Assembly (NCBI GenBank): GCA_043228905.1
Contig: JBHGNT010000011.1
Location: forward strand, 4,154,001 to 4,218,000
Reading direction: 5' to 3'
From: Azolla caroliniana
Taxonomy: Eukaryota > Plantae > Polypodiophyta
DNA length: 64,000 bases
Numbering within the stretch: position 1 is the stretch's first letter; the number at the start of each line of letters is the position of its first letter. Shown piece after piece: positions 55,501-64,000 of the stretch. The notes under the pieces are model-generated. The model ran no database searches. It was not told the DNA's origin and saw only the letters and a list, made by a program, of their open reading frames with translations. Both the position numbers and the translations under genes were made by a program.

Positions 55501-58500
55501 GCGCATACCCGCTATTGCTGGGGAGGCCGTGGTTGAAAACGGCACATATCAAACAGAATTGGAGGAAAAATATAATTACCTTCCGGCGAGGAAAAGCCAA
55601 GGTACGGGTACCAACACAGCCAAGGACGAGCACTGGCAAGGAATATTACACCGTTGTATGCAGAGTGAGTCAACATGCTAGAAGGGTTAGCTGACGAAGA
55701 AGAAGCTCAGTACTTGCAAGAAAACCCGAAGATCGTACCCCTCTTCGAAATTGACATTGCCGAAGCAGTAGCACCATACTTACCGCAGCCGGAAGAGACT
55801 GAAGCAGAACCGGATAAAGACGCAATCCGAGAGTTACGGCAAGCGCAGGAAGCGTTGGAACGGGAAATGGCCATTTCACAGTGCGTAAAAGCGTCGCAAT
55901 ATGAAGAGGTGAACCTAGGGACCACGGACGAAGCAAAACCGGACATGCGAGGGCTCGACCCTCAGTTATACCAGCATCAGATTCACTTGAGCAAGGACGC
56001 AAAACCAGTGGCACAAAGACAGTACCGGATGAATCCCAATTATGCCGCCAAAGTCAACGAGGAAATCGACAAACTGTTAAGAGTTGGCTTTATCCGTCCG
56101 GTAAAGAAAGCGACATGGCTGAGCCCGATCGTAGTCGTACCGAAGAAGAACGGAAAAATTCGAGTTTGTGTGGACTACCGGAAACTCAATGCGGCTACGG
56201 TAACGGATGCGTTTCCACTTCCGTTCACAGATGGAGTTTTGGATGCCGTCGCCGGCCATGAGGTCTATAGATTTCTAGATGGATTCAGCGGGTATAATCA
56301 GATCCGGATGCACTCCGACGACCAAGAGAAAACGGCTTTCGTCACCGAATGGGGGGTGTTTGTGGCCGTGGTGATGATGTTCGGACTCAAGACGGCACTG
56401 GCAACATTTCAACAAATCATCATGGAAATCTTTGGTGAATATATCCCAGCTTTTATGCAGGTTTTCCTTGACGATTTCGCCGTCTATAGCCAGGAGGAGG
56501 ACCATTTTCAGCACCTCCGTCTTTGTCTAGAAAAGTGTAGAGCGTACCGGCTAAGCTTGAATCCGGCGAAGTGTGTATTTGGTGTGTCCCGTGGAACTCT
56601 ACTAGGACATATTGTGAGCCAGGAAGGTATTGCGGTCGACCCGGACAAAGTGAAAGCCATATTGGAAGCACCGGCGCCGGTAACGGCAAAGGCATTGAGC
56701 CAGTTCTTAGGCCAGATCCGGTGGCACAGCCGGATGCTCCGATACTTGGCCGACCTGGCTACACCGTTGCATGCCGCGGTACATCGAACACCATTCCAGT
56801 GGACCGACACCGAGGATAGGGCGTATAGGGCCCTCAAGGTACTATTGTCGCAAGCACCAGTAGTGTAGCCTCCGGATTGGAGTAAAGAATTTCATGTGTT
56901 CGTGGACGCCTCCGACATCGCAATCGGAAGCGTACTGATGCAGCTTACGGAGCCAAAGTGGTACCGGCCAGTGTACTATGCCAACCGAAAGCTATCCCAA
57001 GCGGAACGGAACTACTCTACCACGGAATGGGAAGCTCTAGGGATGATCTACAGTGTGACAAAGTTTCGACATTATTTATTGGGAAGGAAGTTTTCCTTCC
57101 ATGTAGATCATTCGGCACTCCTCTACCTGGTGTCCAAGGTGTCACTCACCGGTAAATTGGCCCGGTGGACCTTACTGTTACAGGAATTCGAGTTCGAAAT
57201 ATTCCACCGACCCGGTATACAGCATGCCGTAGAGGATTATTTAAGCCGATTAGAGTCCGGAGAGACCGGCGACGGAGTAGCGGACGAGTTTCCGGATGCG
57301 GAGCTGTTTCGAGTCACTACGGAAACGGCAGTAGATGAGACGGTGGCACAGGAAGACAAGTGGCTCACAAATATGCACTAGTTTTTGAGCACAGGACTGC
57401 CTCCGGAAGAGATGAACCGGGACGAAAGGAAACGTCTGGCGGTGCAAAGCCGACATTTCTGCTTACTGCGAGACACACTTTACCACAAGGGCGCAAACGG
57501 CATATGGAGACGGGCTGTGCGCAACGATGAAAAGGACCTCATACTGAGGGAAGCCCACTGCGGAGTTGCTGGAGGTCACTATGCCGGAGATGGGACGGCT
57601 AGGAAAATATGGCAAAGTGGCCTATGGTGGCCAACGACATTAAGAGATGCTGTACGGTACGCAAAAGAATGTGACCTATGCCAGCGAATGGGCCAGCCAA
57701 CGGAGCAGGCTCGGATGCCACACCAGCCTGTACTACCACTCGAACCATTCTAGAAGTGGGGGCTAGACTTTGTTGGACCGTTCAAACCACCGGCAATGAG
57801 AACAGGTAATCGGTACGTCATTGTCGCGACGGATTACTGCACGAAATGGGTGGAGGCCAAAGCCTTAAGAGACAACACCGTTGTGTCAACAGCAAAATTT
57901 CTATACGAATACATCTGGTGCCGTTACGAATGCCCTATCGAATTAATAAGCGACCAAGGGGGGCACTTTCTCGGCCAAGTAGTTGAAAGCCTGACGACAT
58001 TCTGTGCCATTGTCCATAAACGGAGCACACCATACTATCCGCAAGCAAACGGGTTAGCTGAATCGACGAACAAAACGCTCCAGAATATCCTACGGAAGAT
58101 CGTCAACAAAAACCGAACGGATTGGGATACCAAGCTACATAGCGCGCTTTGGGCATACCGGACAGCATATAAAACGAGCATCCGAACAACACCGTTCTGG
58201 TTAGCGTTCGGACTAGAGGCGGTAATGCTGGTGGAATTCCAAGTACCCAGCTTATGGATTCAGCTACGGGAACGACTGAACGAGAAGGAGTCAGAGGCAA
58301 TACGGTTAACAACGCTGTGTGAACTCGAGGAACAACGACTGGCAAGCATCCTCCACTTAGAATTGGAACAACGGCGACGAAAAGCATTTGTCGACCGGCA
58401 CAGGAAAGGAAATGAAAAAATGTTCGCAATCGGCAAGCCGGTGTTAGTATTTCAGACCCGGATGAGCAAGATGCCGGGTAAACTACGGTTTAGATGGACC

Positions 58501-60310
58501 GGCCCGTATTGGCTGACACGTGAGTATAATGGGTCCTACCAGTTAGGGACACTTGCCGGCGAAGTGCTAGGCAAATGGGTCAACGGATTCCGATTGAAGC
58601 CATATAGAGGACCGATGCCCAAGAACCCATTTGAGCAAAGAACCGACACCGGTGCGGAAACGACAACCTATGAGGGAGACGACAACCACCAAGACGGCGA
58701 GCCGGTAACTGGGGAGAATGAGGCCGGTACGGGTCCGATAGGACCAACGGACAAGTAACCTCACACTATATTAAAAAAGAAAAAAAGAAAAAAAAAAGAG
58801 AGCGAAGTAATCATGCAAAAGCGAGGTATGAATGGACGAGAGAGCGAGGAGCGAAAAGGTACGTAGTGGGCATTTAAGCGCCACCACAGGACATAATACT
58901 ATTTTAGTACACGACGTGCACACACTCGGAAAAGGCGCCAGAATGCACAGAGAAAAACCACTGGGCGTGGAGACCCTCTACTTTCGCGAACCCAGGAGCA
59001 CAGAAGCACCAAGGCGCTGGATGATCATCAGACGAGAACCTACGCACAGAGAACCCCCACTTTCTGAACTCTCTCTCTCTCTCTCAATCTCACTCTCATC
59101 ACCATCCAACCTCGCCACCACAATCCGATCTCGATACAGACATGGACCCGCAAACGCTGTCGGAAGCTGCCAAGAAACGGCTAAAGTAACACTGGCTCGA
59201 GGGCTTCTTGACGATTATGGAGGTACCGCCACACAAGGAAGCCGACAAGGTGATCAAAGAAATCGACACAGAGGTCATAATGGCGGAGGCGATCCGTGCG
59301 TTAACAGGCCTTCCGGAGGGAGGCATACTCACGATTGACAATCCGACCTCGGAGCAACTCATCAAGTATTTTGGTGAGTACTCCCTAGCCAGCAAGGGCT
59401 ACCGGACACAGGCTGGTGGAGATATGCTGTTCCGTGAGATTGCTCGGGTGCTCCACGAATACGGCCATGTGTACCCTAGACCCCCTGTCATGCCGCAGAA
59501 CCGGGCAGGGATGATCATCGCCACCTATGAAGGGATCAAGGTGGATTGGGCGGTATTGATCGCAGACGGTTTGTGTGCAGTGATCGAGATCGTCAGAGGA
59601 AAAGACGGTAAAGAAGGCCAAGAAGGACGGAGGATATGGCACGCAGTAACGCAGTGGCTCACCTTGCTTGTGCCACCCGTCCAACCCGTCCAACCCAAAA
59701 AGCGGGGAAGAGTGGCGGACGACACCCCAAAGACTGCCTCCAAAAGACAACAGCTGTTGGCCTCTAAGGCCACTAAGGGGAAGGCGGCGGACACAGAACA
59801 GGCGGGAAAGGAGAGAGCCAGCCGGAAGCGGCCAACGGATGCGCAGGAGGAACCACCGGTACGGCCCGTAAAGGTTACACTCCGCCGACCAGTGAATAGA
59901 GAAGCGGACCCCTTGGCGGCAAAACTCAATACCGGGATTCAGGAAGAGGAAATAGAGGAGGAGCCTACGGAGCACCTCCAACGACGGTCGTCGGCAAGGA
60001 CCGTTGAGGCATCCGGGAAACGTTCAGACCCTCAGATGGAGGGAACACCGGCTGCCCATACTGAGACTCCCACGCCAAGGGAGGAACCGGAACCGGTGCG
60101 CATGGCACCGGAATCAGAAGCCCCTGCACCACCGACAGCACCGGCAAGTCCCATTCTGCCAGAGCCGGAAAGGTCAATGCAGCCTCCCTCGGCCAACCAA
60201 GAAGAAGCGCAAGGGGAACCAAGACAGTAGGATGGTCCACGGCTAGAAACGGAATTGCAACTCGGCACAATCAGGCGGGACCACCCATCCACAAGCGAGC
60301 CCATCCGTCA
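52562..60310 (+). mobile_element. Non-chromoviral gypsy element F, a relative of E, 3'-truncated; 5' LTR 52562-52992, gag-pol ~53046-58758, extra ORF from 59142
   Basis: LTR similar to E's, PBS tggtgaccacg at ~53000, RT ORF 55675-56868, integrase ORF 57796-58758. Many CAG->TAG stops. Confidence 0.92.
59142..60304 (+). pseudogene. Extra 3' ORF of gypsy F (N-terminal part)
   Basis: MDPQTLSEAAKK...LTGLPEGG...FREIARVLHEYGHVYPRP...YEGIKVDWAVLIADGL, closely matching the ORF in element E. Confidence 0.75.
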
Positions 60311-60639
60311 AAAACACCGGGTCATTTGAAACAGGTAATATGTCGCATTATGAGAACACTACGTCAAAAAAGGGCACAAAAGCACGCAGTTTTCAAAAAG
60401 ACACGACGCATGCGTAAAGCTTTTTAGAAAAGGTGGAAAAATATATTGAATTTCAACATGACTACCACTTTGAGGCATAAGTAAAATGCCTCCAAAAATA
60501 CATCACCAAAATTACAAAATAATGTACAACATGTCTACCAGTTACAATTATACATATTCGTGAGTTTACATCCAAAACAAATTTACAAAGTTTCCGATCA
60601 TGTAGTAAAACAATCCCCAGCTTGAACCAAACCAATATA

Positions 60640-63229
60640 TTAAGACATGTCTGATGGACTAGAAGAACATTCTGACGTCTCATCCTCATCGTCAGTGGCA
60701 ATCAAAGCATTATCCTCATCCAATTCCAACCCAACATCTTTGTGGTTATGAGAATTGCTTCTGGTTATTCTCTGTATTTCGTTTGACACCATGTTTGGGA
60801 TTTTCTCCTTTATTATCTTGATAGTTGCTTGTCTTAGATGACCTTATTTTGTCAATGAGAAGTCATATACTAGTATGTCAACACGGTCTAGTGCGACAGT
60901 AGCCGTGCTCGGTATATTCTTTCTTCTTCTCTTTCTACTTGAACATCCGACATCCTTAACCATCTCTAAAGAATACTTTCCTGTAAATGCATCAGGTGAA
61001 GTTGTCTGATACCAGTGGGCTACTATTGACTTTGTCTGACTACTTTCTTCACCCCTTACTAATTCAATAATTTTTGCAATCTAGAATGGATGGCCCAAGG
61101 TATCGTCCCCTGCTAATGTTGCAACCAACATTCCCACTTGTAGTTCTTGCAAATTACCTTGCCATCTTGCCTCAACAGTACGTGACTTTCTTGGTCCCAC
61201 ATAAATATCTCTTTGCAGTGGCCGAACTAAATCATGAAGCTCCATATTATTCGATTGTTGGTGATGAGTCTGCGATATCGTTGATGTCATCCCAATGTTC
61301 CATGTGAATGGGATACGGATTGGCCATAAACCGGTGATGTAATTATCTAAAATGGTGCGTTGATGGGTGAAGAAAATCTCCCACCATTCAACATCCTCAT
61401 CACCGGCATACTTCTTAGTCCGATCAATATTATTTTGTTTCTCTGCTAGACATCTCAACCAATATGCCCTTTGTTCATCAATAGTACTATTTGGTGCTAC
61501 ATTTTTACGATCATCATATGGCATTTGTTGTGCACCATGTAGAGGTTCATCTGGGATATGAAGAAGGAGCCTACAACCTTCTTGGGGCTCCCATTGTGCA
61601 CTAGATGAGTATTGTTTCGCAAACAACACCGTCATCTTGAGGTGGGCCGATCTTTGTTTTATGAGGAAGACATGGTTGAAACTTATATTATTAAGAGGTG
61701 CAAGCACCCTACCTTTAGTCCCGTCACTATCCATGCAGAAACGTTTAAAGTTGTATACTTCTTCCAAGTGTTGTACTTCAGGCTTTGGTGTATATGCTTC
61801 ACTAATCAATTTGGATAGCGTGGGAAGTGTGAAAGCATTACAGCGAGCAAGTTTCTTTGAGAACCTACTGAACATTTGATCTATGTGATCATGGGTATGA
61901 CCAACCAACAAGAAGTTAACCTTTATCTTTTTAAATACGCCCCTCTCTACTAGCATGCTTAGATAGCCGAAGACAGTTGAGTTCTTATTCTCTCTTGCTG
62001 TGTTGTCTAGTTGCACATATAGAACTGGCGGGAGTATACCTGGCCATGATTGCAATACCCTGTGCATGACAGTGACAGTAAGATTAGGGTCGTTGTGGAT
62101 ATTGGGATAAGTTAAGAACACTTGCGGTCTTATAGTTTGACAATATGTCAAACAACCCACTAGATGCATTTGCACTAGACACTCATCTCCAATATCCTTG
62201 GGGAGTCTTTGAAAATGCGCCAAACAAGTTTTCTTTTGATCCATGCCGTCAATAATCATGCACATATACTTTTCAGGAGATTGAAACGCTTTTTGTCGGT
62301 GATGCATAGCCTTAGTACGTTCCAATGCCTGACTTTCACGATGTTCTTTTAACAGGTTCTTGTAATTCTTGATCTCTACATCTGATTTTCCACCCTTGGC
62401 CATACTTTTTAAACTCGCACATATTGAGCAGACTCCCATTCGCACCTTTCGTGGGATAACCACGTTATTAAATTGTAACCTCCATAGTCGATTAAAATGC
62501 ATGTACTGTATGTAAGGCTCAACATCGGAAGACATGTCGTCCTTGTACGATTGGTAAACTTCCCTTCGAGTAAAGTTATCAAACAAATGAAGTCTTCCTG
62601 TCGTTGGCATAACTTCGCACTGTTTTGAAAAATATACCTCCATCCACCTAATTGCCTGTTACCCAATTTGACCCTTACATCCAGAACCATTTTGATCGAA
62701 CTGTACCCAGGAGCCCTTCAGAAGTTGCTCTTGAACTCGTTGCAGCCGCATATTTCCAATGCTATGAGTGATTTTAAAAGCTGCTCGACAACACTTGGTA
62801 TTTAGTCCAAGGAAATATTCAACTTGCGTTGAATTAGGCCCTGCTTTGTGATCCAATTTAAGTTGCATATGCAAAAGAAGAAATGTATCTTGCTCTTCCC
62901 CATTAAGCGACAAGTATTTTTGTCGTGTTTCACGTAACCTTGACTTTCCATAAGTTGATAGACAGAGATTTGCACAACACGATTTGTTCAAGTCGCATAG
63001 AAGTTGACGATCAGAACATAAGAAATTAAATCTCTTTTCACTAACTTGTCGAGGAACTCTTTTAAATGCTAGAGGTTTAGTAATGCTATTGTTATCTATC
63101 GACGAAGAATCGTCCGCTTGTAAGCTTGCATGAAGAGGGCCATCAACAGGATCAATTGAAAACAGAGAATTCGAAGTACTAGGAGCCACACTTTTCTGTT
63201 TAAGCCGCTGTCGTAGTGTATTTCGTACA
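60640..63229 (-). pseudogene. DDE/D transposase-like gene (Sola1/DUF7869-like), ~860 codons in one frame with 3 premature stops; further exon probably upstream
   Basis: IIDGMDQKK, LYVQLDNTARENKN and FLLVGHTHDHIDQMFS motifs plus a CSIC Zn-ligand pair. ORFs 62659-63189 and 61081-62643 are in frame, and the frame continues to TAA at 60640. Confidence 0.75.
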
Positions 63230-63452
63230 CTACGTGAAAAAGTAAAAATAATATAAATGATTTAATTACATATAAATAAATAAAATAAGAATATCAAGAT
63301 ATTTATCACGTGCATAGGGCAAGATTTGAACCTTGTACCTCCACGTAGCCAAACCTCAACTTTACCATTATGCTACCTTATCTTTAGTGTTCTATAAATA
63401 GATTTAATAACTATAAGTGCTTTATTTGCGCCTACCTTTATTAAAAGGTAAA

Positions 63453-63600
63453 TCATGCATTTTTAGAGTGCGTGAATATTTTATAGAAAAACGCAAGCGA
63501 CTAAAAAGTGACTCATGCACATCTAGCGTGCATGAGCACTATATTTAGCAAATAAAAGCAAGGATTAGAAAAGCATCACATGCACATTTAGTGTGCATGA
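63453..63600. repeat. Three tandem imperfect palindromes (TCATGCAC-N7-GTGCATGA)
   Basis: Located at 63453-63475, 63512-63536 and 63579-63599. Confidence 0.7.
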
Positions 63601-64000
63601 ACATATTAGAAAAAGCATGTAGTTATGCTTAGTCTCTCCCATCACTACATAAGGATGGGGAGCACAATGTAATAGGTGTGTGAAATATTTGGAAATTGGA
63701 TATATTTCTGAAAACACCAACCGATTAATATAATCGTGGGATTCACGAAAATAATATAATCTATACTTGTGGGATTCACAAGTTTCTTATATCTTTCTTT
63801 CAATCTAAATACATATTCTTATCTAAATATTGATTAATCGAATACAATACACTCGTGGGATTCACGAAATTTCTATCTCTCTTTCTAATAATCTATTTAT
63901 TACTAGCCTCATCTCATATTCTTCTTTTTCCTAGTCCAAAACCTCGGCGGTTCCCACCCGACTCACGCAACGATCCGGAGCCGAAAGGCACGACACAGTT

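Noticed and set aside
27800-60300. Numerous antisense and alternate-frame ORFs of 60-200 aa
   Set aside because: Shadows of GC-rich gag/pol coding sequence, with no independent motifs.

Overview
Eukaryotic land-plant nuclear DNA, probably from a non-seed plant such as a fern (inferred from the retroelement types, not proven). There are only two host genes, arranged convergently: a 4-exon, 149-aa calmodulin (+, 10730-12791) and a 9-exon, 571-aa phosphoacetylglucosamine mutase (-, 16239-20655). The rest is transposon-derived. On the left are a Tnt1/Tork-like copia 3' end, a solo LTR and old AT-rich remnants. An L1-type LINE lies just upstream of the mutase. From 23124 onward is a nested pile of more than 40 kb: a chromodomain gypsy, three copia elements (one inserted in the gag of its relative with a perfect CCGCG TSD), two back-to-back non-chromoviral gypsy elements carrying a large extra 3' ORF, and a decayed Sola1/DUF7869-like DDE transposase. 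The most notable structures are: (1) a circularly permuted 1232-bp duplication whose new junction is filled by exactly one plant telomere repeat (TTTAGGG), the footprint expected if an extrachromosomal circle re-integrated into an LTR; (2) a copia/gypsy fusion exactly at the RT YxDD motif; (3) strong CCGG enrichment in the retroelements; (4) the uncharacterised extra gypsy ORF. All coordinates were counted by hand and no database search was run.
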